IMG/VR virus record: IMGVR_UViG_3300045988_126851
Span: 1-64,000 of that record
Source of the DNA: a virus
Reading direction: 5' to 3' (one strand)
DNA length: 64,000 nucleotides
Part shown: positions 54,148 through 63,201 of the stretch, piece by piece
Position numbering within the stretch: position 1 is the first letter of the stretch
How the letters are laid out: every line of letters begins with the position of its first letter
Made by a program: the position numbers and the translations under genes
Notes under the pieces: generated by a model
Seen by the model: the letters and a program-made list of their open reading frames with translations, nothing else
The model's database searches: none
What the model was told of the DNA's origin: nothing

Positions 54148-55060
54148 TTTTCTTTTGTTTTAATAAAAGTTTCTTTTTATAGGCTTTACGTTGAGAGTAA
54201 GATATTACATTCTCGGGATATTCTATATCTTCATATTCAAGAAGTAATTCTTTTGCTTTCATTGATTTATATGTTTCCTCATATAAATCTGGTCGAAGCA
54301 CTTTAAAACTTCTAAAGAATACCTTGAATGAAGAGAATTCTTTCTCTGTACCTTTTTGGAATTTTTTCCATATCTCTTTTATCCTCTTATTCCAAGAATT
54401 CTCTTCAGCCCCTTTAAGTACCTTCTTTAAAGGTTTATGAGTATGATACATTAGGAGTGTCTCAACGTTTCCATACATTTGAGTTGCGAATAGGTTGATT
54501 TGTACTGACTGATCCGGTCCGTATACGTATTCTGACATACGCTGGATTAAGAGGAAATCGAAGATTAGTCTCTTCGTAATCTCGGAAGCTCGTATTACCA
54601 TAGTTATTACCGGTATATCTTCCCCAAACCGTTTTGAGAATGTAGCAGCTATCAGACATTGTTTGCCATTATCATGATGATTGTTAAATATATAGGTTAT
54701 ATTGTAATTCTGATTGTACTTGTTTTTCAGTACTCTCAGCTTACTACGCAATAAGTCAAGCTTATTAAAATCTATGTAATTATTCAATAAGCTAGTCCAC
54801 TTAGTTTCTTTGTAATTGAAACATCTACCATAATCAAATTCTGGGTCTACCCAGGCTTTTCGTATTTTTATAAATACATTATACACTACTGCTACTCCAC
54901 TGTTAGCCATAGCCCCTTTTTCAAATAAAGCAGGATCTAATCTTAGGAATCCCTCATTGAGTTTTTCCCATGCCTCTTGTGAAGTAGCAAATTCTAACGA
55001 ATGGAGGGACTCCTCCGGATTAAGCTGAAGTCCCTCTAGCTTACGGTTCCAACCTGACAT
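54131..55060 (-). CDS. hypothetical protein in the nucleotide-metabolism cluster
   Basis: The start is moved to MSGWNRKLEG (ATG 55058-55060), 1 nt after the upstream stop. This removes an 83-nt overlap. No motif recognised. Confidence 0.5.
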   Translation of the reverse strand: MSGWNRKLEGLQLNPEESLHSLEFATSQEAWEKLNEGFLRLDPALFEKGAMANSGVAVVYNVFIKIRKAWVDPEFDYGRCFNYKETKWTSLLNNYIDFNKLDLLRSKLRVLKNKYNQNYNITYIFNNHHDNGKQCLIAATFSKRFGEDIPVITMVIRASEITKRLIFDFLLIQRMSEYVYGPDQSVQINLFATQMYGNVETLLMYHTHKPLKKVLKGAEENSWNKRIKEIWKKFQKGTEKEFSSFKVFFRSFKVLRPDLYEETYKSMKAKELLLEYEDIEYPENVISYSQRKAYKKKLLLKQKKNADIQ

Positions 55061-55061
55061 G

Positions 55062-55901
55062 CTAATAGTTTGATTTTTGACGCCATAAATTAAGGCGTTG
55101 TTTTTTAAAGAATAAACTAAATAATCCGTAAGGAGTAAACCCATTCATAGCCAAGAATCCCATATAGAGATAGAATGACTTTACCAAAGATTCCTGAAAG
55201 TCGATTTCTTTAGTCATCACTTGAGTTTGTTTCCAAGGTCTACACTTAAGGAAATTCCTTGCTTTATTTAGTTCATAGATCACTTCCCATAAATATAACT
55301 TCTCGTTTTCATGAGATATTTCGCTCATTTCATGAAAACCGGGAGTATATGAAACTACTTTGTCCCATTCTGATCTATCTATATCCATAGGAGTTATTAT
55401 AGGATATTTCCTTACACTTCGATGATCGGGATACTTGATAAGTAGTTCTTTAACCCCAATTGCCATTACCTCAAATAAACTCTTTGCATCTTTATATTTT
55501 AATATATCTTCGGGCAATATATTAGAATACAGAAGCAAAGTAAAGAAGAATCCCAAAGCATCTGCTTGTTCTTCATTTGCATTTGCTAGATGATTTAATA
55601 CCTGAGTATATTCTTCTGGGGTTAAGCAATCATTATTCCATCCATAATCACGATATATAGATACTACTTCATCGGTAGATTCGAATCCTTCGGTTAATTC
55701 CTCGATAACCCTACCAATAAAATCCTTTAGGATAACTTGGCTCTTTGGGTGATTTATATCTAAAGGATAATCAGGTAACCTTTCTATCTCTTTATACCCA
55801 AAGAATTGTTCTACCCCAAGATCATACATTTCTTGTAGTATCTGTGCCTCAGTTTCTTCTACCTGAGGCACTTGTTCATTTATATTCCTTATGTCCACCA
55901 T
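55062..55901 (-). CDS. MazG-like all-alpha NTP pyrophosphohydrolase (candidate)
   Basis: VIEELTEGFES ... ANEEQADALGFFFTLLLY fits the E..E...E / EE..D.l.y...l arrangement of MazG and gp56-type enzymes. Confidence 0.4.
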   Translation of the reverse strand: MVDIRNINEQVPQVEETEAQILQEMYDLGVEQFFGYKEIERLPDYPLDINHPKSQVILKDFIGRVIEELTEGFESTDEVVSIYRDYGWNNDCLTPEEYTQVLNHLANANEEQADALGFFFTLLLYSNILPEDILKYKDAKSLFEVMAIGVKELLIKYPDHRSVRKYPIITPMDIDRSEWDKVVSYTPGFHEMSEISHENEKLYLWEVIYELNKARNFLKCRPWKQTQVMTKEIDFQESLVKSFYLYMGFLAMNGFTPYGLFSLFFKKQRLNLWRQKSNY

Positions 55902-56452
55902 TCTATGTTTTGAGATGAACCAAATCCTTTATCTCCTCTACTTCCCCACATTTGAGATTCTGAATAGAATTCTTCTTCCAGAATTTCTTCGGGTTCCGTA
56001 ATATAGACTGGTACATGAATAAACTGTACTAGCTTTTGACCAGCCTCTATAATCTGGGGTTCTTGAGAAGCATTGTATACTCCGATATGTATTTCTCCAA
56101 CATAGGGAGAATCTACTATCTCAGCAGTAAAGATTAATCCTTTCTTAGTAGCTATACCAGATTTGTTTGCTGCCATTAACATAGATGCAGGAGGTTCTAG
56201 TAATACCTTGATACCTGATGAGATGAGTATCCTATGCCCCGGTTGTAAAGCTATATGCCTTACAAAGACTTCACCAAAAGGAACATCTAAATCATAACCT
56301 TCGGAGTCGAATTCATTTTTAGAATGAATATCCTCTGAAGTTAGGTTGGTTGGTACATAAAAATCTAACCCAGCATCATTTGGGTTTGCTCTGTTGGGAG
56401 ATACTACCTCCCTTACTTTGATAAATCTAAATCTGTTCATAATATATTGCAT
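55889..56452 (-). CDS. dut: dUTPase (trimeric dUTPase/dCTP deaminase superfamily)
   Basis: NDAGLDFYVP, GVYNAS and a C-terminal motif V RGDKGFGSS. Confidence 0.75.
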   Translation of the reverse strand: MQYIMNRFRFIKVREVVSPNRANPNDAGLDFYVPTNLTSEDIHSKNEFDSEGYDLDVPFGEVFVRHIALQPGHRILISSGIKVLLEPPASMLMAANKSGIATKKGLIFTAEIVDSPYVGEIHIGVYNASQEPQIIEAGQKLVQFIHVPVYITEPEEILEEEFYSESQMWGSRGDKGFGSSQNIEWWT

Positions 56453-56643
56453 TTACGTAAGAGTTGTCCAAAGGTTAATTTCTCGGGTCTAGAAACATGT
56501 ACTCCCAATGAGTTACACATCTTTAATACATCCACTGAGCCTTCCATACAAAGGTTAGCAAGTACATCACTTTGCTTTACAAAATAGTTTGGGTTGTTAA
56601 AGTATACTTTAAACATAGCCCATATCATGTCTATTGGTTTCAT
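56437..56643 (-). CDS. small hypothetical protein
   Basis: 68-aa ORF. Confidence 0.4.
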   Translation of the reverse strand: MKPIDMIWAMFKVYFNNPNYFVKQSDVLANLCMEGSVDVLKMCNSLGVHVSRPEKLTFGQLLRKCNIL

Positions 56644-57026
56644 TATTTAATACACTCCTTATAAAGTTCTCTAATACGTTTTCTGGGTACTTCGAATTTC
56701 TTAACGGTTTTGGTAATAACCTCTTTTCTGTCTTCCCCTTTCCGAATCAAGCCTCGGATGTATTTCTTGATACCAACCGTGTCTTCTAATACATCCAAAT
56801 CTTTGTATTGATTCTTCTGTTCTAATTCTTTCCTTGTAATGTTCAAGTTCTGGGACATCTTGAATGCACATAGTTCTGAGTCTCCGCATAGCTTACATTC
56901 TTTAGTTGATAAATCATACCCAATACCAAAGCAAACATCACCATTAGTTCCCAACTGAGTTAAATCTAGGGGAGTAAGAATGTCTTGTTTGGAAAGATCG
57001 GGTAGCTTTTGTTTCTTCTTTACCAT
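56643..57026 (-). CDS. hypothetical protein
   Basis: 127-aa ORF with basic termini. Confidence 0.5.
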   Translation of the reverse strand: MVKKKQKLPDLSKQDILTPLDLTQLGTNGDVCFGIGYDLSTKECKLCGDSELCAFKMSQNLNITRKELEQKNQYKDLDVLEDTVGIKKYIRGLIRKGEDRKEVITKTVKKFEVPRKRIRELYKECIK

Positions 57027-57037
57027 TCTCTGAAAAT

Positions 57038-57361
57038 TTATAAAGTTCGAATAATTATATCTTTGGTATCTCCCTTTGTAAGAGAGAGATAACTATGTCC
57101 GATTGTATTTATAAATAGTTGACGGAGATTTATTAACTGTACAGGATCTTTCTTAGTAGAACCTTCTTGAATAAACTTGAAAGAGAGGCCATTAGAGTAC
57201 TTGATTATAAAATAATAATCGCAAGAATCGGGACTGTCCCGATTTCGTCTGATATCAGATATCCAAATCAGATCTTTATTATTGAATACCTGATCAATAG
57301 TGTTCTTCTCATCCATAATAGAAACCTTAAATAATTGTTTAATACTCTTCATCATTCTCAT
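57038..57361 (-). CDS. hypothetical protein
   Basis: 107-aa ORF. Confidence 0.45.
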   Translation of the reverse strand: MRMMKSIKQLFKVSIMDEKNTIDQVFNNKDLIWISDIRRNRDSPDSCDYYFIIKYSNGLSFKFIQEGSTKKDPVQLINLRQLFINTIGHSYLSLTKGDTKDIIIRTL

Positions 57362-57436
57362 CGTATTTGTTGCTGAATAATAAAATATTTAGGATTGGAG
57401 CTAGTATAACTAAAATTATTATTGTGATAATCATGG

Positions 57437-57577
57437 CTATAGATTTGATAGATTTCTTAATAATACCCAGCAATAAATGCCAGCAGCAGAGATTTGAATT
57501 ATCTTCCACCCCTCTGAAAGGAGATCAATTAATTTGGGATCATCTCCATCCCTGATACATATAAGTTTATCGTTCAT
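57437..57577 (-). CDS. small ORF (46 aa, below the track cutoff)
   Basis: MNDKLICIRDGDDPKLIDLLSEGWKIIQISAAGIYCWVLLRNLSNL. Its ATG forms an ATGA overlap with the stop of 57574..57798. Confidence 0.35.
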   Translation of the reverse strand: MNDKLICIRDGDDPKLIDLLSEGWKIIQISAAGIYCWVLLRNLSNL

Positions 57578-57798
57578 GGCTTATAGCTGGTTATTACTGT
57601 TATATTTTGATATTTGCAATGAGGACAAGTCCAATCTTTCAAATGCCAAGATCCTCTGAGATCTAAAAGATCTTTCTTTCGGAATCTCTTACTGCAATTG
57701 TGACATGTATAATCGTAAGGTTCTTTATTCATAAACTTGAGAATAAATATTAGGATTATGAATAAAGCAATTGTTATTAGTGTTATTGTAATCTTCAT
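57574..57798 (-). CDS. membrane-anchored zinc-ribbon protein
   Basis: N-terminal helix ITITLITIALFIILIFIL, then CHNC...CPHC. Confidence 0.5.
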   Translation of the reverse strand: MKITITLITIALFIILIFILKFMNKEPYDYTCHNCSKRFRKKDLLDLRGSWHLKDWTCPHCKYQNITVITSYKP

Positions 57799-57891
57799 AA
57801 TGTATTACTTATAGGTATATGCCTCTATGCTTTTAATTGTAATCTTCTTTTCCTCCTTCGGAGAAAAAGTAAATACTCATAGTACTTCTAG

Positions 57892-59379
57892 TTAATTTTG
57901 ACTAAGGCTATGGTTAGGATGATTCCTCCAAAGCTTATCTAACAATATTACTTTCAATTCTTGTCTCTGATAATATTGTTTCCTATGCTTACCATGCCTA
58001 TCTAAATAAGGGCCAGGATAATGAAGGTCATCCAGGTATACTTTCTTTTTCGATTTATCGGTTCTTACCAAACGACCAAGAAACTGAATGGATTTTTCCT
58101 GACTATCCATGCTTGCTGCATTAAGTAAATACCTAAGCTTAGGAAAGTTTTTACCTCGAGCAATGATTGTAGTTGATACCAAGATATCTATTTTGCCTTC
58201 CCTAAAATCCATCATTATTTGTTGTCTTAACTTAGAGGGAGTATTAACATGCACATAGGCAATATTATAGGCATCGCCCAGTTTCTTTTTAAAGAACTTA
58301 TATAGATTTTCACAATGTGCAATATGCTTGCATACTACAAGAGCAGGATATCTACCTTGATTAATATTCCATCGTAATCGATTATAAGCCATGGTCCACG
58401 CGGTATTATTTTCGGTAATAGAATCATCATATATCTCCTTATAGGATATACAATCAGATTCCCAATTACCATACCAAGGTTTACCGGGTACCATCTTTAC
58501 GATAGTTTTAGTTGAGTAACCCTTCTTGATGGAATCCTTAAGTTTAAACTCAGCAATCACTTTACCAAAGAAACATTCTAGGTTCATATTCTTAACCTTA
58601 TCCTTAGCAAGCTTACTCATATAAATGGTACCGGATAATCCTATACGAATTCGGGTATTAAACAGTCGGGTGATTACATTCTGATATTGTTTACTACCTC
58701 CCTGGTCAGCCTCATCCACAAGTACCATGTCTATCTGAGATAGTTCTTTTTGATAGAATCTCAGGTTCCTCGAAATAGACTGAACCATACCTATAGTAAA
58801 ATTACTCCAGTTTAAAACTTTGCCTTGAACAAAAGTGATATCTTCTCCGGGAAGATATTGCTTAAATTCTTCTCTAGCTTGATTTAACCAATCGGAGTCA
58901 TTAGTTATTAGCAAAGTCTTTAACTGCTTCTTATAAGACAAGTAAAGAGAAGTCATGATAAGGGTTTTCCCAAAATTTACAGTCAAATCCAATACTCCAA
59001 TTTGAAAGGGTATATCTCCTACTCGATTACTAATAACAGATCTAACAGCTTTCTCTTGTTCTGGTCTCAATTGATATTTACCTATTTTGGTAACTACTTT
59101 ACTAACTTTTGGTAAGGGTTGACGCATATCTACAACTTTAGGTTTAATCCCCATCTCTATACATCTATCATATACCCTGGGAAGTAAACCTATTTTAAAT
59201 TGCCCGGTCTTGGTGATGTAATGGATCTTACCATCCCAATTCTGCATACCTCTTTGCCTTGTACGTAAATAGAAGGCATTCGGATGTCGAATGGCAAACT
59301 CATTATAGAGTTTCTGCGCATACTTGAGAGGTATATCAAGTTCACACATATTACCATTCTGAATAATTATCTTACTCAT
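57892..59379 (-). CDS. SF2 DEAD-box-type DNA helicase
   Basis: RPEQEKAV, Walker A VNFGKTLIM, DEAD box VLVDEADQ, motif III LSGT and motif VI TIIARGKNFP. Confidence 0.8.
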   Translation of the reverse strand: MSKIIIQNGNMCELDIPLKYAQKLYNEFAIRHPNAFYLRTRQRGMQNWDGKIHYITKTGQFKIGLLPRVYDRCIEMGIKPKVVDMRQPLPKVSKVVTKIGKYQLRPEQEKAVRSVISNRVGDIPFQIGVLDLTVNFGKTLIMTSLYLSYKKQLKTLLITNDSDWLNQAREEFKQYLPGEDITFVQGKVLNWSNFTIGMVQSISRNLRFYQKELSQIDMVLVDEADQGGSKQYQNVITRLFNTRIRIGLSGTIYMSKLAKDKVKNMNLECFFGKVIAEFKLKDSIKKGYSTKTIVKMVPGKPWYGNWESDCISYKEIYDDSITENNTAWTMAYNRLRWNINQGRYPALVVCKHIAHCENLYKFFKKKLGDAYNIAYVHVNTPSKLRQQIMMDFREGKIDILVSTTIIARGKNFPKLRYLLNAASMDSQEKSIQFLGRLVRTDKSKKKVYLDDLHYPGPYLDRHGKHRKQYYQRQELKVILLDKLWRNHPNHSLSQN

Positions 59380-59380
59380 A

Positions 59381-60217
59381 CTAATCTTTTATTTTATCCC
59401 AGAGACTCCCCTCTACTTGAGGTTCATTATCCAGAAGTTGTTTACTCTTATTTTTATATAGGTATTTATTATACCTTTCGATAGCTTTATCATTATACAT
59501 CTGACTTGGTTCTGGTAAACCATTACACCATGCAAGAGATTCGAATTGGGCATCTATAAATTTCATAGGATCCCAGCCCCTCTCATCTAAGAAAGTCTTT
59601 AACCTTAAAAAATGGATTAATTTTTCAGGATTATCTACACCATCATAAATGCCAGTAGCTGAAGCCACTTTTTTAAAGTAATAATCCTTGATCCTTATCA
59701 CTTCTTCAAATTCGGATTTATCTAATGAGGATAATTCGATCTCGGCATCTACCTGATTGGTAATATTCTCTTGCATGGATAATAACCTTTGCATAATATT
59801 CCGATAATCGGTCATCCTCTTTATCCCGGTCTCTATGTATTTGATAAAACCTTCCCGGGTATCAAATTTAAAATCTTCACAGAAGGTATTACATATCTCT
59901 GCAAGCTTTTTACAATTTGCCCATTCTCGAGAATTACTTTCGTTTATTTTACGAACTCCTCTATGCTTTAACTTTATACGGATTGCATATAAAATATCGG
60001 CAACAAGGGCAGCATCACCTTTAGATGCTAGTAAAATGTTATTAACTTGCTTAGTATTCTTATTATTAGAAACTAAGACTGCTCTATGATTTATTGCCCC
60101 CTTTCGAGCAATAACAAAAAAAGCCTCAACTGGGAAATTATCTACCTCTAAGATATTTAATATTTCCTCAAACTGAGACTTAGTTATATGGATAGATGGG
60201 GAACGTTTAGTATTCAT
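59381..60217 (-). CDS. hypothetical protein (replication module)
   Basis: 278-aa ORF. Confidence 0.55.
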   Translation of the reverse strand: MNTKRSPSIHITKSQFEEILNILEVDNFPVEAFFVIARKGAINHRAVLVSNNKNTKQVNNILLASKGDAALVADILYAIRIKLKHRGVRKINESNSREWANCKKLAEICNTFCEDFKFDTREGFIKYIETGIKRMTDYRNIMQRLLSMQENITNQVDAEIELSSLDKSEFEEVIRIKDYYFKKVASATGIYDGVDNPEKLIHFLRLKTFLDERGWDPMKFIDAQFESLAWCNGLPEPSQMYNDKAIERYNKYLYKNKSKQLLDNEPQVEGSLWDKIKD

Positions 60218-60443
60218 AATCCTGAGGTTTATTAAGTACTCTATTAATGGTATTTGGGTGTAATAACAAGATACGACTTAACCTACCTTTATTAATCTTA
60301 GGTATTATTTCATACCAAACACCCCGTTCTTTCAAAAATACTCTACCAGAACGAGTAATTAAAGAATCTTGAATACCCGGAATGGGTTTGACAGCTTTAG
60401 GTATATTTGATATGGATACCTTAATTCGATTTTTTATATTCAT
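60207..60443 (-). CDS. small basic hypothetical protein
   Basis: 78-aa ORF. Confidence 0.45.
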   Translation of the reverse strand: MNIKNRIKVSISNIPKAVKPIPGIQDSLITRSGRVFLKERGVWYEIIPKINKGRLSRILLLHPNTINRVLNKPQDYEY

Positions 60444-60481
60444 GTTATTAATATATTATTTTATAATATAATAGGAACTCC

Positions 60482-61435
60482 CTATTTCAATGAGTTTCGG
60501 ATAGCAACTAATTCTTGATAACTTTGGTACCGAGTATTATATACTAATCTCATAACAGAAGTTTTCCCCAAGTCATTGCAATCGTTTCCCTCTGGCAAAA
60601 ATATAACCTTTACTTTTTTATAATTTACTAATTTGAAAGCCAGGTTAATGGCATACTTTTTTGCATCTGGATCTAATAATATAACATATCTTTCACATGG
60701 GGCTTTAAGTAATTCATTTATCTGATACTTAGATATAGCTTTACCCATTGTGGCAATTGCTCTATCTCCCATAGTGAGAGCATTAAGTGCTCCTTCACAA
60801 ATGAATACCGACCGATACATCTCCAACGCATCATGATTAAAGATGAGAAATTGTTTTCCAAGTCCAGTGATATCCTTGTCTGGGTTATTATATCTTGGTC
60901 CTTTGCCGATAACATTTCGGGCATTGTAGTATCTAAGTTGGCCTTGGTAATAAAAGGGTATAATGAGATACCCATAGGTTGAGCCCTTTGTACCATAGCC
61001 AATGCCATATCTTGAAAAATCTTCGATACTGAACCCACGTTTCTTGACATATCCTCGAATACTCTTTGCAAGTTGGCTATTTCCGAGCGAAATATTTCTA
61101 AATCCCTCGGGGAGATATATCGGCTTGCTTTCGGCAAGTTCGATTTTCTCTTCTTTAAATTGAAGTTCATCAAATTGTCCCTTGTTCAAAAAGCTTATTA
61201 ATTCAGGATACTCTGTAAATCCTTCTATATCCATTATTAACTGAGCAGGAGAGGGGTGGGCATTACATCGAAAACAATTAGTTCGATACATAGATAGATT
61301 AACTCCCAACTTCTCTTCCCTCCCACAGTATGGGCAAGTTGGTATACGCATCCAGCCATGCCTATAATCTCTTCCTCCTAATCGTTTAATGAAGTATGTC
61401 CTTAATCTAGATTTAAACTGATTGGTTATTTTCAT
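60482..61435 (-). CDS. DNA primase (zinc ribbon + TOPRIM)
   Basis: CPYCGREEK...CFRCNAH zinc ribbon, with the TOPRIM residues in FICEGALNALTMG and VILLDPDA. Confidence 0.8.
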   Translation of the reverse strand: MKITNQFKSRLRTYFIKRLGGRDYRHGWMRIPTCPYCGREEKLGVNLSMYRTNCFRCNAHPSPAQLIMDIEGFTEYPELISFLNKGQFDELQFKEEKIELAESKPIYLPEGFRNISLGNSQLAKSIRGYVKKRGFSIEDFSRYGIGYGTKGSTYGYLIIPFYYQGQLRYYNARNVIGKGPRYNNPDKDITGLGKQFLIFNHDALEMYRSVFICEGALNALTMGDRAIATMGKAISKYQINELLKAPCERYVILLDPDAKKYAINLAFKLVNYKKVKVIFLPEGNDCNDLGKTSVMRLVYNTRYQSYQELVAIRNSLK

Positions 61436-61592
61436 GTTCCCTTATAGCTTTACGAATTACTTTTCGGATTCTCTTTAAATCCTCTAAATCTAAATTACCA
61501 ATAGAGGTAGTTTGCCAACCATTATGAGATATTTCTAAAGCTAATTCATCGCTCCATCTATCTTTTACTATTTTTACCGTCTTTGTTTTCAT
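61413..61592 (-). CDS. small ORF (59 aa, below the track cutoff)
   Basis: MKTKTVKIVKDRWSDELALEISHNGWQTTSIGNLDLEDLKRIRKVIRKAIREHENNQSV. It starts 2 nt after the helicase stop, fills the helicase-primase gap and overlaps the primase start by 23 nt. Confidence 0.4.
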   Translation of the reverse strand: MKTKTVKIVKDRWSDELALEISHNGWQTTSIGNLDLEDLKRIRKVIRKAIREHENNQSV

Positions 61593-61594
61593 AT

Positions 61595-63034
61595 CTAAAT
61601 ATCTCCACTATTATTAGCCCTCTTTTTAGGATCGGCATCTGGATTAGTACTCTTCTTAAATTGTTCATCTAACTTGGCTCCATAGATTTTATCATAATTC
61701 TCTCTTTCATCTCGAGTGAATTCCTTACATCTTTGGCGTTCAACATCGCATTTGAACAAAGCTCTACCTGAAGGTAAACCATCCCTCTGTACAACTAATT
61801 CGGCTCTTAATATATCATCTTGTTCTTCTTGAGCAGTAGAATTAAGACCAAAAATAGTTTGGGCATTACGAATGATTGCAATGGAACCAGATATATCATT
61901 TTCGTCATATCTAGTAGCCCTATGTTTCTTACCTTCTCTGGTAATGTGGTGAGCAGTCCATACCACGTCTAAATTGAGTTCTTCTGCAAGATTTTGTAAA
62001 TCGATATACACGTTGGATATACGATCGAAATCTTCTTTATCTCTGGCAATAGAAGCTAGCTTACCTGCATAATCAACAAATAAAACCTTAATATCTATCC
62101 CTTGATTCCTAAACTTAATTATTTTATCCCTTATATAATTACAATCAGTAATCATAGCAGGTACTCTTTCAACCACTAATTCAACGCCAAATCTTGCAAG
62201 TTTTCTAAGGTGTTTAGACTCAAGTTTATCATACTCTCCAGAATATAATTCTTTCTTAGTTTTATTGATAGATGATTGAATGAATCTATCGAGAATCTGA
62301 TCTTTCCCATTTTCAGTATCTACATAATAAACCGATTTTCCCATTCTTAGATAACCTCTTGCAAGGTTTACCATAAAGAAGGTTTTCTTTGCCTTAGGTT
62401 TATCTAAGATCACATTAACCGAATGTTCAGGATATCCTCCAGCATTAGTTAAAGCATTCATTTGCCTAAATGGGCAAGGTATTACAGAGGGCTCTGATTG
62501 TCTTTTAAATTGTCTCTCTACTATGTCCCGAATCATGTATGCAGGTTCATCTTCTTTCTTAGGCTTACTTTTCTGAAGAATCTTTTCAATCTTACGGGAA
62601 TATTCTTCATATTGTTCGAAGTTATCCAGATCGAAAGACTCATTTAAGTTCTTCATTTCAACATAAGTTGAAAACTGATAGATCTTTTCTTTTATATAAT
62701 CGGCATCAGATAGAGGTAAATGATAAAGATTACTGATTACCTTATCGATATTTGGGATATCATCTTTAGTTACTAAATCGGCATACTGTTTATCTTCTAG
62801 CAATTCTTTAATAACTTCCTTTAGAACATTCTCAGAAGGTATTCTGTTTTGCTTTTTATAATACTTAATGATGCCCTCACAGATAATAGAATGCTCTATA
62901 AGTACCAGATAATTTGGTTTAATCCTTTTGAGGATTAGCCCTCCTTCTTTATCTTTAATAATATACCTTAGAATCTCTAATTGAAACTCTGGGCTAAATG
63001 TAAATTTGGTTTTACTCTTGTTTCTCATAATCAT
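61595..63034 (-). CDS. DnaB-like replicative helicase
   Basis: The RecA-like C-terminal domain has the P-loop region LDKPKAKKTFFMVNLA (KT is retained but the Gly before the Lys is replaced) and Walker B VLFVDYAGKL. The N-terminal DnaB-like domain lies next to the primase gene. Confidence 0.65.
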   Translation of the reverse strand: MIMRNKSKTKFTFSPEFQLEILRYIIKDKEGGLILKRIKPNYLVLIEHSIICEGIIKYYKKQNRIPSENVLKEVIKELLEDKQYADLVTKDDIPNIDKVISNLYHLPLSDADYIKEKIYQFSTYVEMKNLNESFDLDNFEQYEEYSRKIEKILQKSKPKKEDEPAYMIRDIVERQFKRQSEPSVIPCPFRQMNALTNAGGYPEHSVNVILDKPKAKKTFFMVNLARGYLRMGKSVYYVDTENGKDQILDRFIQSSINKTKKELYSGEYDKLESKHLRKLARFGVELVVERVPAMITDCNYIRDKIIKFRNQGIDIKVLFVDYAGKLASIARDKEDFDRISNVYIDLQNLAEELNLDVVWTAHHITREGKKHRATRYDENDISGSIAIIRNAQTIFGLNSTAQEEQDDILRAELVVQRDGLPSGRALFKCDVERQRCKEFTRDERENYDKIYGAKLDEQFKKSTNPDADPKKRANNSGDI

Positions 63035-63170
63035 ATTGCAATATTTATAAGCTAATAGATATTCGTAGTCTCATGTTTGTACTGAATGTATCAGTTATCA
63101 AGAACTATACCATCCTCTACCATGACGTCAGAAAATATAAGTATTATTATTTTATATAAAATATTATTCT

Positions 63171-63182
63171 TATATTTGCATA
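63171..63182 (+). promoter_or_regulatory. TATATTTGCATA promoter box
   Basis: Exact 12-mer, with 19 nt between it and the ATG at 63202. Confidence 0.6.
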
Positions 63183-63201
63183 AACGAAAACTTAAAATCA
63201 C

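Noticed and set aside
57367-57555. Plus-strand 62-aa ORF in the 57.4-kb gap
   Set aside because: It is the only plus-strand ORF in a roughly 40-kb minus-strand operon. The minus strand offers ATGA-coupled small ORFs instead. Confidence in either option is low.
41020-60089. Assorted ORFs of 60-151 aa nested within sbcC, FEN, polA, the 54131 gene, the primase and 59381..60217
   Set aside because: Examples are 41020..41277, 44405..44792, 52561..52818, 52979..53218, 54462..54659, 59789..60089 and 60718..61173. Each lies entirely inside a longer ORF that has clear family motifs or operon context.
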